A stretch of DNA of 64,000 bases from an uncultured virus (IMG/VR IMGVR_UViG_3300037963_002172) (taxonomy: Duplodnaviria > Heunggongvirae > Uroviricota > Caudoviricetes), in the IMG/VR virus record IMGVR_UViG_3300037963_002172. One strand, given 5' to 3'. Positions 48,031 through 57,471 of the stretch are shown here, piece by piece. The stretch's first letter is position 1. Each line of letters opens with the position of its first letter. The notes beneath the pieces were generated by a model that saw only the letters and a list, made by a program, of their open reading frames with translations, was not told the DNA's origin and made no database searches. A program made the position numbers and the translations under genes.

Positions 48031-48254
48031 TTATTTATTCGTTTGCTGATGTTAATACATTTTTCATACTCTTCTTCTTCTATAAAAAACTGAAGCATAT
48101 TATACATAAAGTCTTTTGTGTAAGGTGCAAAAGGATTATGAGCAAAGTAATATTTGTCTGACTCCATTATCTCTTCTTCGTTTCCATCTTCAAATAAAAC
48201 TTTATACGAGTTTCGCATAGCTATGTCTAATACTTCTTTGTCTGATTTCGCCAT
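47997..48254 (-). CDS. Hypothetical protein with UVR-like C-terminal motif
   Basis: FIEEEEYEKC..I. Confidence 0.6.
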   Translation of the reverse strand: MAKSDKEVLDIAMRNSYKVLFEDGNEEEIMESDKYYFAHNPFAPYTKDFMYNMLQFFIEEEEYEKCINISKRINKWNSDPTRKRL

Positions 48255-50668
48255 TAGAAAGGTAGGGTTGGGTCTTTAGGTTTTTGTTTTGTTTTAAATA
48301 TAATCCATCGCCCGTGCATATCCCTTCCTTCATCTGGCATTACGCCTCCGCTAAATAATCCATAAGCTGTAAGCCATTTGTTAAATCTAGTTCTAGATAT
48401 TGTCATCTTCGACTTAGGTGCGTAATCAGGGTTTTCCTCAATAAAATCGTAGTACAGTTCTTGTTTGTAAATTCTTGTATTTGTTTGCAGCTTGCTGTTA
48501 ATAGATTGACCGTGCAGTAATCCACACCACTCAATAAATTCGTGTGAGGTTTCAGCTGAAAGCTGTCTCACTTCTAAGTTTACAAAGGAAGATTTAATTA
48601 AACCTTCGTTCAAGTGCAGCTGTAAACAATCTACCATATAGTTATCAAAAATACACCACTCAGAATCATCCCAGTCTCCAAACATAAGTTTATTAAATTC
48701 ATCTAAAGGAGAGTAAGCTTTATTGTAATGTTGGTGTAGTTCTATTTCCCATTTACGCCTGGCAAAAGAGTTTCCAGAACCTTTGATTGCATAGTTTGTT
48801 GTTATGGCTATCTTTGGAGATTTACTAAAAGGTATTTTAATAGCATCTTTGTTTTTCTTTTCTAATGTTAGTCCTTCTGTTACCACCGAAAACAATCTCT
48901 CAAAATCAAAATATTTTTTTACATCATCAAAGCATAAGATTTGAGTATCCGCTGATACTAACTGGTAAGCGAAAGACCTTTCAAAGTTGAAAGACTTTCC
49001 ATCAATAAACACCAACTTCTTCATATGTGCAAGAGCATTCATAAACAAACCTTTACCAGTCCCACCTTCTGGATTGTCTGATATAACTTCATCATTTAAA
49101 ATAACAGCTGGAGAGAATGATAAATTTTTATAACCGTGCATCAAATAACCAATGGTACTTTCCATTGTAGAAATACGTGATGAGTTCTGTCCGCATATGT
49201 TTGCAACAAATTGTTTGTAGTCGCAGTCCTTTACCTTGCATATTGTAAAGATTCTATTTATAACTTGTTCTCTCCAAACGTAACCACCCAAGTCTAAGTA
49301 ATCAATTGGAACAACTTCATCTTTAGTAATCTTTACTGCACAGTTTCGGTAATACAAGTAAGCTTCATCTTTAGTGTCTTCAATAAAATAAACCTCTATT
49401 GTAGATAGTAGTGATAGAAATTCTTCTTTAAAAAATCTAGTATGGTCAGCAAAGTAATTGTAGATACTCATATCTTCTAACTTCAATAGAGTATCTAATA
49501 CAAAGTCCTTAATTTCTTTTTCTGAGGTGTGGTCTATTAAGTTGTTTGACACTTTTACAAAGACGTAGTTTCTACTACCTTCGGGACAAAATTTGTAGAA
49601 CCCGTGGTCTTCCAAAAATTGTTTAAATAAAATGTGAACAATCTTAATTACCCCTTTGTTTGATTTAGTCCAAAATATTTGATGCTTGTTTTCTTCATCT
49701 GCTCTTTCAAGCACTGAATTAATTACTTCGGTATCAAATGAAGCATCTTCTAATTGACACCTGATTTCATTTTTTGGGACTCCTTGTTTTAATTTAATTT
49801 TTATGTCGCTGATTCTATCTTCATCTTCATAATATTTAGTTCCAAAGTTATGAGTGTTACTGTACGCAGACTTTATTGTTCTCTTTATTTCTTCTAAATT
49901 AAAATCTTTATTAGCATACTGACCTAGCACGTAAGATGCCAAGCTTTCACTTATGCCATAGTCATTGAATGCAGCTGCTAATACGTAAGCGTTCTGGTTT
50001 CTTTGACCCTCGTTCATTGGAAATTTTTTCTCCCACCATTTAACCAGTATCTCTACAATTTTATTTTCATCTGTAATTGGAATTGTTACTGGGTCTATAT
50101 GTTTTTTTACTTCTCTGTATTCTATCTCCTCAATTGTTGTCCATTCTTCACTATCATTATTAATATGAATTAGAGGGTCATAACTTTCGTAACAAACTCT
50201 TGATATGTTTTTTGTAGTCTTGTCAAAGTAGTTTGAATTAAAATATTTATCTAACGATTGAAAATATCTTGTGTGGTTTTCTTTGTCTCTAGGTATCTTG
50301 ACTAGAACCTTAAGGCCATTACCCGAAGGCGAAACAAAAACCGAGAATACATATTTGTTTTTAGTTAACATTTCTTTGTCCTTCAACATATCTTTGACTT
50401 TTCCATAGCCATCGAAATCTAGACAAATTAATCCGCTATGCTCAATAAGACTGTTGTCTTGTCTCTTTGTAAAAGTTCCAGAAAAACACACGGCTGGTAA
50501 AAGTTTTTTAATTTCATTTCTTTTGGCCTTATCTTTTTCTTGCCTTATTCTCTTGACTAAATCTTTGGAGGAGCCGTTCTTAATTCTTTCCAATATAGTG
50601 AAAGCATCACGGTGAAAGGGGGTTGTAGTTTCTTTAATGTTCTGGAATATCGTTATAGCGTGTGTCAT
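48254..50668 (-). CDS. Primase-helicase (BT4734/VirE-N-like + PriCT + P-loop)
   Basis: SGLICLDFD, SPSGNGLK, EGQRN, GGTGKG Walker A, CFDD, ITTN. Confidence 0.88.
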   Translation of the reverse strand: MTHAITIFQNIKETTTPFHRDAFTILERIKNGSSKDLVKRIRQEKDKAKRNEIKKLLPAVCFSGTFTKRQDNSLIEHSGLICLDFDGYGKVKDMLKDKEMLTKNKYVFSVFVSPSGNGLKVLVKIPRDKENHTRYFQSLDKYFNSNYFDKTTKNISRVCYESYDPLIHINNDSEEWTTIEEIEYREVKKHIDPVTIPITDENKIVEILVKWWEKKFPMNEGQRNQNAYVLAAAFNDYGISESLASYVLGQYANKDFNLEEIKRTIKSAYSNTHNFGTKYYEDEDRISDIKIKLKQGVPKNEIRCQLEDASFDTEVINSVLERADEENKHQIFWTKSNKGVIKIVHILFKQFLEDHGFYKFCPEGSRNYVFVKVSNNLIDHTSEKEIKDFVLDTLLKLEDMSIYNYFADHTRFFKEEFLSLLSTIEVYFIEDTKDEAYLYYRNCAVKITKDEVVPIDYLDLGGYVWREQVINRIFTICKVKDCDYKQFVANICGQNSSRISTMESTIGYLMHGYKNLSFSPAVILNDEVISDNPEGGTGKGLFMNALAHMKKLVFIDGKSFNFERSFAYQLVSADTQILCFDDVKKYFDFERLFSVVTEGLTLEKKNKDAIKIPFSKSPKIAITTNYAIKGSGNSFARRKWEIELHQHYNKAYSPLDEFNKLMFGDWDDSEWCIFDNYMVDCLQLHLNEGLIKSSFVNLEVRQLSAETSHEFIEWCGLLHGQSINSKLQTNTRIYKQELYYDFIEENPDYAPKSKMTISRTRFNKWLTAYGLFSGGVMPDEGRDMHGRWIIFKTKQKPKDPTLPF

Positions 50669-50842
50669 AGTATGTCGTTTATATGTCGTTTTTATGTCGT
50701 TTTTAATTTCATAAGTTGTTGATAATCAGTTGGTATGTCGATTATGTCGTATTTTTACACGTAAGTAAAAAAAAGAATAATAAATATATAATAAAAATTT
50801 AGAAGTTAAATATAAATTCATAAAAATTAACATATCGACACA
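50661..50842. repeat. Origin-like element A: TATGTCG iterons + IHF box + AT-rich tract
   Basis: TATGTCG at 50671, 50682, 50693, 50734 and 50743; TAAgttgTTGATA at 50712; inverted TCGACA at 50835. Confidence 0.7.
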
Positions 50843-50853
50843 AAAAAAAACAT

Positions 50854-50883
50854 AAAAAAAGAGCCGTAAGAGACTCTCTTTTT
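50854..50883 (-). terminator. Intrinsic terminator
   Basis: GAGAGTC-tcttac-GGCTCTT plus T-tract on the minus strand, after the SSB-like gene. Confidence 0.6.
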
Positions 50884-50898
50884 ACATTCATTACTAGA

Positions 50899-51189
50899 TT
50901 AGAAAGGTAGTGAAGTATCTTTCACTGGCTCCGCAACTGGCACTGGCTCTTCAACCTTTTCTTCAACCTTTTCTGCTGGCTTTTCATAGGGCTCGCTCAA
51001 CGACAAACCGAAGTATTGTTCTTCTTGTCCTTGCTCATTAGTCCTAGTATTAATCCAACCTGCTAATTCCATCTGCTTGCCATCTGGCATAGCTAATGTA
51101 CCTTTATAGTCTGGTTCTTTACTACCTTCTTTCTTGAACTTGTTTCTAAATAAATTCCCTTTGTTGGGATTGTGTTTGAATTCTGACAT
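50899..51189 (-). CDS. Putative ssDNA-binding protein (DUF736-like)
   Basis: G.LF.N..K.....PDYKG...LAGW...YFGLS; C-terminal LPF tip. Confidence 0.7.
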   Translation of the reverse strand: MSEFKHNPNKGNLFRNKFKKEGSKEPDYKGTLAMPDGKQMELAGWINTRTNEQGQEEQYFGLSLSEPYEKPAEKVEEKVEEPVPVAEPVKDTSLPF

Positions 51190-51367
51190 TTTTATTAATT
51201 TTTATAGTTCGTTCCAAATGATTCATAGTCTCAAAGATTAAATCTTCTTTCTCGACTTTACTATTAACGGACATTGGAACTCGTATCCACATAATAGTTT
51301 TGGGTGGGGTTCTTCGAGGAAGTTTACTCCTCAAATACCGCATAAACTTTACAATTTTTTGTTTCAC
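51146..51367 (-). CDS. Hypothetical protein
   Basis: ORF track; GTG start. Confidence 0.5.
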   Translation of the reverse strand: MKQKIVKFMRYLRSKLPRRTPPKTIMWIRVPMSVNSKVEKEDLIFETMNHLERTIKINKNVRIQTQSQQREFI

Positions 51368-51454
51368 AGATTAATTTTTTAGTTGTTTTTTTTATTTGTT
51401 TTTTATCCTCTTTGTGATACTTTGGGTTCTTAGAGTTTAATTTTCTTTTCTTCA

Positions 51455-52186
51455 TTATAAATCTTCATTAATATAAAACTGCTCAATATTTTCTATACTA
51501 CCATCAGCAAAATATTTATTGTACATTTCCACTGCTCTTTCTACTTTGTATTCTCCTCGTTCTAAAAATTCTGGTGTTGGTCTAAACTTGCCTAACACTT
51601 TTGATTCTTTACAAATAACATAGAACTCTAAAGGTTTGCCAAACAATTCTTGATATAGATAAGCTTGACTATCATAATTATATGTACGTGCTGAAAATTT
51701 AAAACGAGAAATGTCAGCTGTACTTTTTATATCAATAACACAATTGTCTGTAACAATGTCTGCTTTGCCTTTCCACATTACGCCCTTGATTTTTTTCACA
51801 GCTGGCTCTTCAAACTTATTCCCAGTTTTATAAATTGGCATAGCAAAGTCAAAATTTCTCAGCATAGTTTCTTTTAGCTGTTGTGCTAATTCTTTTTCTT
51901 TTTCCAAAAGCATAACATCTACTTCTCGCATCGCTATCGTTTCTTTATATAGTTTTGTAGTTCTGCTACTTGCATCTACAAACTCCCAGTCAAATGCTTT
52001 ATCTGGTTCTAAAATTAGTTGATGAAAGTATCTACCAAACAAAAAGTTTTTGTTATCGGGTACTACTTTTCTAAATTCTATCGGGTTATTTAATAAGCTG
52101 CTTATATCTGAATTAGATAAAAAGCAACGACCGTAGCTCCCGTAATAGTCTTTATCGTTTCTTAGTTTTTTGAGTATTTTTTCCAT
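51455..52186 (-). CDS. PD-(D/E)xK exonuclease (RecE/DUF3799-like)
   Basis: LSNSDI, FG..FH..ILEP, KGKAD.....VIDIKST, Y..QAYLY. Confidence 0.85.
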   Translation of the reverse strand: MEKILKKLRNDKDYYGSYGRCFLSNSDISSLLNNPIEFRKVVPDNKNFLFGRYFHQLILEPDKAFDWEFVDASSRTTKLYKETIAMREVDVMLLEKEKELAQQLKETMLRNFDFAMPIYKTGNKFEEPAVKKIKGVMWKGKADIVTDNCVIDIKSTADISRFKFSARTYNYDSQAYLYQELFGKPLEFYVICKESKVLGKFRPTPEFLERGEYKVERAVEMYNKYFADGSIENIEQFYINEDL

Positions 52187-52700
52187 TTGATATTGCGTTT
52201 GTTACTGTTTGTTTAACTTCTTCTGTAATGTTGTAGTTGTTATCTTTTAAGAACTTTATAATGTATTCCATATTCTTATCTTTCTGCGGCAGCGTTGCTA
52301 CCCATTTAAGAAACGCTTCAACATCTACATCTTGTACTTTGACTACTTTGTCGTTTAGTTTATAGTTAGCAGTTTCCTCATAGCTTGCAACACCACTATC
52401 TATACCAATACCAAAGCAACCCAACGCCCTACCCCACGCACTAGTCTCTGCATTTTCTACGTAACTTCCTTTATTAATAAAGTTAGATGCTGCCTCTTCA
52501 AAGGCCAGACCAGTTGCTACTGTAAAACCAGATTCTTTATCTACAATCTTAGCTTTAACTAAAATAGTTGTACTTGTTTTTTCTAACACCTCAGTTACTA
52601 AACCGTACTTATGTTGGTAGGTTTCTCTAAAATGTTTTAATCGGTCGTGAACCATTACATAGTCCTTGCCCTGAATGTTTACTGTTTTTAATTTACTCAT
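52152..52700 (-). CDS. ssDNA annealing protein (Rad52/Sak-like)
   Basis: GKDYV.V..RL, ATG.A.E, ENAETSAWGRAL..FGIG; adjacent to the exonuclease. Confidence 0.7.
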   Translation of the reverse strand: MSKLKTVNIQGKDYVMVHDRLKHFRETYQHKYGLVTEVLEKTSTTILVKAKIVDKESGFTVATGLAFEEAASNFINKGSYVENAETSAWGRALGCFGIGIDSGVASYEETANYKLNDKVVKVQDVDVEAFLKWVATLPQKDKNMEYIIKFLKDNNYNITEEVKQTVTNAISNGKNTQKTKKR

Positions 52701-53109
52701 TTGTTTGTTTTATTTGGTTTAACTTCTTGTTTACTTTTGTATATGAATTCATAATTCGCTCACGAGCATTCTTAAGATTCATAATGTGTTTTGCATTCTT
52801 TCGTGTGTTAACTTCTCTCTTGATTTTGTTTTCAATCATTAAAAGTTTTCTACGATAGTTAGACAAACATACGACAAAAACTGCATATCTCCAACCTTTT
52901 TGATAAAAAATTTCGTACTCTTCCTTTTTAATTTCTTGGTAGAAATCTCCGCCTATTGTTGTGTTGTGAATGATAGTATCTTTAGTGATTTTGTTCTGTT
53001 CTATTCTAATCCCAGACAAGATACGTGCTTCAAATTCTTCCCCATCTAACGTGGCTGAAAACTCGTCTGCCTTTGCTTGTTCAAATACTTCTAAGAGAGT
53101 GTAACGCAT
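52693..53109 (-). CDS. Hypothetical protein
   Basis: ORF track. Confidence 0.7.
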   Translation of the reverse strand: MRYTLLEVFEQAKADEFSATLDGEEFEARILSGIRIEQNKITKDTIIHNTTIGGDFYQEIKKEEYEIFYQKGWRYAVFVVCLSNYRRKLLMIENKIKREVNTRKNAKHIMNLKNARERIMNSYTKVNKKLNQIKQTNE

Positions 53110-53396
53110 TCCTGAATTTTTTCTCTTATAACTTGATAGTCCACATCTTCTTCCATTTTTTTGGATACTACATCTATTCCGTGTAGTATTGATGAGTGGC
53201 TTATCTTGTATCCGTTTTTGGTAAGATATTCCTGAATGTAAGTAAGTCTGATTTGTCTGTCATAACACCCATAATATAATAAGTGTCGAGCATCTACAAC
53301 CTTTCTTTCTTTTGTCTTGGTGAAAAGCTTTTCTTTGGTAATATCGTAGATGGAACATACGTTCTCTGCTATTTGATTAAAAATTGGTTCTTTCAT
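53091..53396 (-). CDS. DnaA domain-IV-like HTH protein (second copy)
   Basis: V...Y.IT...LF.KTKER.VVDARHLLYY...HSSILHG...V. Confidence 0.75.
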   Translation of the reverse strand: MKEPIFNQIAENVCSIYDITKEKLFTKTKERKVVDARHLLYYGCYDRQIRLTYIQEYLTKNGYKISHSSILHGIDVVSKKMEEDVDYQVIREKIQECVTLS

Positions 53397-53544
53397 TAAT
53401 TTTGTTTTTATTAAAAATTTTATTCCACTGTTCTCTTTCTTTCTGAATTTGTTTTAGTTGCTGAGCAGCAGCTAACAAGTTATCCATTAAGTTGTCTATA
53501 GTTTTGATTGGCTTTGACTTGGCCTTGTAATAAGTATTTTGCAT
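53377..53544 (-). CDS. Small hypothetical protein, 55 aa
   Basis: Hand-translated MQNTYYKAKSKPIKTIDNLMDNLL...; A/C-rich leader. Confidence 0.55.
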   Translation of the reverse strand: MQNTYYKAKSKPIKTIDNLMDNLLAAAQQLKQIQKEREQWNKIFNKNKINERTNF

Positions 53545-53659
53545 TTGTTTGTTTGTTGTTTGTAAAAAGAGAGAGACACAAAAACATTTAATATTTGGAT
53601 ATTATTAGAGTGCGTTGTGCACGTGCCTCTCTCCCAAATTTACATTATGAAAACTTCAG

Positions 53660-53691
53660 TAAATATAAATAATGTTTATAGATTGTGCAAA
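53660..53691 (-). promoter_or_regulatory. Bacteroidota-type promoter
   Basis: TTTG-20nt-TATATTTA on the minus strand. Confidence 0.55.
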
Positions 53692-53976
53692 TTATTTCTG
53701 ACTTTTTAATTTCTCAATTTCGAATTGTAGATGGGCTATTGCTTTGGTAAGACATTCTATACCGCCATCGTTGTGCTTTCGCTTGGAACGTAAGCAGTAA
53801 GTTACAGCATTCCCTACGTGATAAGAACAATTAAAATCATCAACAACATAGCGTGCTTGGTATTTACCTACACGATGAGTGTTGCCTACATAATATTCAG
53901 GCACTCTTTTGTCGCTTGTTGACTGGGTTGTGTCTCGATTTCTGTCGGTGTCCCAATAGTATTTACTATGCTCCAT
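53692..53976 (-). CDS. DUF3310-like protein
   Basis: P.YY...GNAVTY..R...K.....L.KA...L..EI. Confidence 0.7.
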   Translation of the reverse strand: MEHSKYYWDTDRNRDTTQSTSDKRVPEYYVGNTHRVGKYQARYVVDDFNCSYHVGNAVTYCLRSKRKHNDGGIECLTKAIAHLQFEIEKLKSQK

Positions 53977-54104
53977 TATTGTTCTATGTATTTCTTTTCT
54001 TTGTTGTATACAATAAACCCATTTTTTTCTAGCAGCTTTATTGCTTTGTCGATTTCTTTTTGCTCTGCCCTAAAGGTGTCAAATATTTGATTGTGTATTA
54101 CCAT
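53976..54104 (-). CDS. Small hypothetical protein, 42 aa
   Basis: Hand-translated; TAATG coupling. Confidence 0.6.
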   Translation of the reverse strand: MVIHNQIFDTFRAEQKEIDKAIKLLEKNGFIVYNKEKKYIEQ

Positions 54105-54114
54105 TTGAATTTTT

Positions 54115-54513
54115 TTAAAAGTTTAACAACATATCTTTAGCTATCAGTTCCCACACCTTTTTTTCTAGGTGCTTAAGGTCTAAGCTAACTTCTAATTCTC
54201 TCTGAACGTTAAGAGCATAATGTTTCTCGGGTAACAATTGAATGATTACTCCCCCTGCATATCTGATAACTTCGGTAGAGTTAGGTAATAGTTTAAAACC
54301 TAAATCAACCACACTTAAATCGTGGTCTCTATACATATTCTCATAAGTTTTCATTGTCATCAGCTGCCCAGTCTTTCTAAATGTAGTTAGACTCATCTTG
54401 CCTTTGTCTAATGATTGTTGTAGAGTTTGTATTATTTTTTTTCTTGGCGACTTCTGTGTCTTTTCCAATAAAATTTCTGCGTTAAGCAGTCTCCTTGGTT
54501 TCTTGAATTTCAT
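54115..54513 (-). CDS. Hypothetical protein
   Basis: ORF track. Confidence 0.7.
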   Translation of the reverse strand: MKFKKPRRLLNAEILLEKTQKSPRKKIIQTLQQSLDKGKMSLTTFRKTGQLMTMKTYENMYRDHDLSVVDLGFKLLPNSTEVIRYAGGVIIQLLPEKHYALNVQRELEVSLDLKHLEKKVWELIAKDMLLNF

Positions 54514-54551
54514 ATAAATAAATTTTAATTATTGTGTAAATATAGTTTAAA

Positions 54552-54746
54552 TTATTGACAACTTAAAATTTCTGTGCCTTTGAAATACCAATGGCCATCG
54601 ACTTTTATTTTGCTGATGGTGGTGATATTAAATTTTTTTCGTCTCTCCTCCACGGACGCTAATTTTTTTTCTAGACGTTTAATTTTTTTGGTGAGCTTGA
54701 CGTTGCGTGCACAAATTTTTGCAGCTGCCTCCGTTGTTAATTGCAT
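54552..54746 (-). CDS. Hypothetical protein
   Basis: ORF track. Confidence 0.55.
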   Translation of the reverse strand: MQLTTEAAAKICARNVKLTKKIKRLEKKLASVEERRKKFNITTISKIKVDGHWYFKGTEILSCQ

Positions 54747-54821
54747 ATCATTATTATTATTAATGTTATTATTACGCCCGCATATGAGATTGCTAAAAAT
54801 TTCATATTGGCCTCGTACTTT

Positions 54822-55049
54822 TTATTGTCTTTCATTTTTGGTTAGTTTATATTTTGACATATCGTTTCTAATTCCACGAGCAAATTTGGCTCTGTGCCTT
54901 CGCTCTTTCTCAATGAGGTAAGCTACCTTGAGATTTACTTTTTCTTCTTTACCACTGTATCTAAAGTAATGATTGAATTGAATATGGTTCTTCGCAAAAA
55001 TTTTTGCGTGCTCCCTCCGAACCATAAGTTCTTTGGCTACGTGATGCAT
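54822..55049 (-). CDS. Hypothetical basic protein
   Basis: ORF track; coupled to the upstream gene. Confidence 0.65.
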   Translation of the reverse strand: MHHVAKELMVRREHAKIFAKNHIQFNHYFRYSGKEEKVNLKVAYLIEKERRHRAKFARGIRNDMSKYKLTKNERQ

Positions 55050-55276
55050 TACCCTACGCTTATTGTTGAACGAGTAACATTACATCTATCTACCATATTC
55101 CAGTAGTGGTCGTAATATTTATCGAACACTTCTTGTGCTTCAGGGGTGTATTCTGTGTGAGTTCCGCAGTCAACGTTTATATCTGAATCGGTTTTTCCCG
55201 CTGCGTAAAAGTCTTTGATTGTTCTATTGCTTGCAAGTGCACAGCAAAGTTCTACTTGATTGATTTCTATATACAT
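55049..55276 (-). CDS. Hypothetical protein
   Basis: ORF track; downstream of a promoter. Confidence 0.7.
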   Translation of the reverse strand: MYIEINQVELCCALASNRTIKDFYAAGKTDSDINVDCGTHTEYTPEAQEVFDKYYDHYWNMVDRCNVTRSTISVG

Positions 55277-55304
55277 AAGTTTAGTTTGATTGGTTTATAA
55301 TAGA

Positions 55305-55336
55305 CAAAGGTACAACAATATTTAGACATAGCCAAA
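55305..55336 (-). promoter_or_regulatory. Consensus Bacteroidota -33/-7 early promoter
   Basis: TTTG-20nt-TACCTTTG. Confidence 0.85.
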
Positions 55337-55356
55337 TATCATTGTACCTTTTTCTG

Positions 55357-55377
55357 ATTGGTCGTTGACGACTAATT
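55357..55377. promoter_or_regulatory. Palindromic operator-like motif, copy 1
   Basis: ATTGGTCGT-TG-ACGACTAATT. Confidence 0.6.
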
Positions 55378-55614
55378 TTGTCGTGCTTGTTCCAACGCTG
55401 TGTTGTAAAAATAGGCCTCGTGATTGTCTAGAAATTCCCAGTAAAAATCTGTGATATCTACATTGTTGAGTTCTACTTTTTTTATTGTGAGTTCTTCCTC
55501 AGGCGGTTGGTCGTAGTCGTGAGACATATCATTGTAATAGTATTCATACTCCATTACGATACAATAGTTCTCGCCCTCTACTACGCAGACTCCATTTTTA
55601 TCTTTACGTGCCAT
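55372..55614 (-). CDS. Small acidic hypothetical protein
   Basis: ORF track. Confidence 0.7.
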   Translation of the reverse strand: MARKDKNGVCVVEGENYCIVMEYEYYYNDMSHDYDQPPEEELTIKKVELNNVDITDFYWEFLDNHEAYFYNTALEQARQN

Positions 55615-55790
55615 ACTGGTTTTTTTGGTTTATAATCTAGTTTAAATTGTTCTAACTTTACGTTAAGTTTCTTCCCCCAGTAATTGTTGGGGTCTACTTT
55701 AAAGTGCACCCACTTGCTATTAAAGTTTGAAGAATATACTTGCGTAAATGATTTGACTGCTTCATCAGTCCATACAAAATCTGTTTCCAT
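55581..55790 (-). CDS. Hypothetical protein
   Basis: ORF track. Confidence 0.7.
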   Translation of the reverse strand: METDFVWTDEAVKSFTQVYSSNFNSKWVHFKVDPNNYWGKKLNVKLEQFKLDYKPKKPVWHVKIKMESA

Positions 55791-55805
55791 AATTGTTTGT
55801 TTTAA

Positions 55806-56033
55806 TTAATAAAATATCCACATCACAACGTAGAAGATAAACCCTAACATCAGTAAGAATATAAAGTCTATCGCTGCTTGCGTGTAGTCCATTTGGTTGT
55901 TTTCAAGTTCTTCGACTTGCTGTTTTATTTGTTGAACAGTATCAAGAGTTGCCTCTTTGTTGTCCTCTGAATCGTGGCCGAATTTTATATCTTCTTCTAG
56001 CCATTCAAATAAATTTTTAAGTTTTGGTTTCAT
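55806..56033 (-). CDS. Small protein with C-terminal TM helix
   Basis: FIFLLMLGFIFYVVMWIFY at the C-terminus. Confidence 0.7.
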   Translation of the reverse strand: MKPKLKNLFEWLEEDIKFGHDSEDNKEATLDTVQQIKQQVEELENNQMDYTQAAIDFIFLLMLGFIFYVVMWIFY

Positions 56034-56037
56034 AATT

Positions 56038-56208
56038 TTAATAAATTTTTAAGGTTGTCCATTCTATATCAAAAGAAATTAATTCTTCGTGGTCATCTTC
56101 ATCTCTGTCCGAGTTGTTATCTATTAACCACTTGTCAACATCGTTTGTAATGTCAACAATGTAAGTTCTTCCAGTATTTTCGGTAAATCTAATAATTGCT
56201 ACTTTCAT
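56038..56208 (-). CDS. Small acidic protein, 56 aa
   Basis: Hand-translated MKVAIIRFTENTGRTYIVDITNDVDKWL... Confidence 0.65.
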   Translation of the reverse strand: MKVAIIRFTENTGRTYIVDITNDVDKWLIDNNSDRDEDDHEELISFDIEWTTLKIY

Positions 56209-56254
56209 AATTGTTTGGTTTTAAAATTAAACTTCAATGTAAACAAAGCAGAGG

Positions 56255-57376
56255 TTAGCTAGTAACCTCTTGCTCTGAATACATTTCATTACACACACTG
56301 CAATGATAATTCTTGTTGCTGATTTCAGTTGGGTCGAACGTAACTTCTTCCAAGCATACATTACAATACTTTGTGTTATCATCTTCCTTATCGTGTATTA
56401 ACGATAGTGATGAGAACAATGATTGCTGCTGATGGTATCGAGTGTTCGGCTCGTACGTGTACCTCTGATAATTCGGTTTAGAATATTTTGGCATTGTAAA
56501 CCTTTGTCTCATAATTGGCTTTCTGATTGGAAAGCTTTTGTGATACTCCATACTTCCCATACTTCTATAACTTGTCTCTTTGTTAATAAAGTATATCCAA
56601 GCTGTCAAAATCGTGCCGCTGCCTAGCTTGATAGGTATTCGCTTGCGTTGATAAAACTGCGGGTGTCCCTCTAGTGAATCAAGTGCAGCAAAGGTATCGT
56701 TATTTACTTTGTAGACTTCTACTTCTACGTGGTGTCCATAACCGCTCTTGTCCAACAAGTAAGGTAGCCCGCTAATCACTAGCGGGTACTTGTCTCTTGT
56801 TGACCCTTTGCCAACGAATCGCTGTCCATACAATAAGTGATGATTGTTGCCGCCTTTTTTAAGCGTGCCATACACCGCTACAACATTGTGCTGCAACACA
56901 TTGGGTTTGGAAAACCATACACCATTGTGCTTAGTCCACTTTTCTTTGTTGTAGATTTCGTATTGTCTGTTGCGTTTGTTGTAAGTAATAAATCTAGAAT
57001 CGTGCTGACCTAGTACTGCTCTTCATTGCGGCCTAGCAATAGTCCCTAGTTCGATAGCTAGTTGCTTGCTGTCGCACATATCGTGAGAGCCATATCCCGC
57101 AATAGTCCCATTGTGCATTAGTAACTCGTTAGTGTTGTTACCACATACAAAAGGGTGCGTGTTTGCTTTGTTTACTTTACCTCTTGTTGCTAATCTGAAA
57201 TGAGCAATGTAGGGTCTGTTGTTGTCAAGTACTTTCCAGTCTTTTGATTGGTAGTATTTAACTTCATTGGTATCCAGAAAAATTACGCCAAGTCCGTGAG
57301 GATTGATGCGTGAAGAATTTTTAAGTATCTCTGGCGATACTTGTTTGTCTTTCGACTTTACAATAATTATACACAT
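56255..57376 (-). pseudogene. Class-II glutamine amidotransferase-GGCT fusion interrupted by one in-frame TGA (57023-57025)
   Basis: MCII, NPHG.G, HFRLATRG, HPF, HNG; after the TGA the frame continues ...GVWFSK...VAVYGTLKKG (GGCT) and ends in a CxxC...CxxC ribbon. Confidence 0.75.
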
Positions 57377-57439
57377 AGTTTATTTGTTTGTGAGGTTTGT
57401 ACTTCTAATATCTGTACGCTGACCTCTGATTAATTTAGA

Positions 57440-57471
57440 CAAAGATACGAAAACATTTAGACATTACCAAA
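57440..57471 (-). promoter_or_regulatory. Consensus Bacteroidota -33/-7 early promoter
   Basis: TTTG-20nt-TATCTTTG; near-duplicate of 55305-55336. Confidence 0.85.

Noticed and set aside
50671..50749. TATGTCG arrays as CRISPR
   Set aside because: Repeats are only 7 bp, with no spacer-sized unique segments and no cas genes
57023..57025. Genome-wide TGA recoding or selenocysteine
   Set aside because: TGA terminates many genes via ATGA overlaps; no other interrupted ORF, suppressor tRNA or SECIS-like hairpin was noticed
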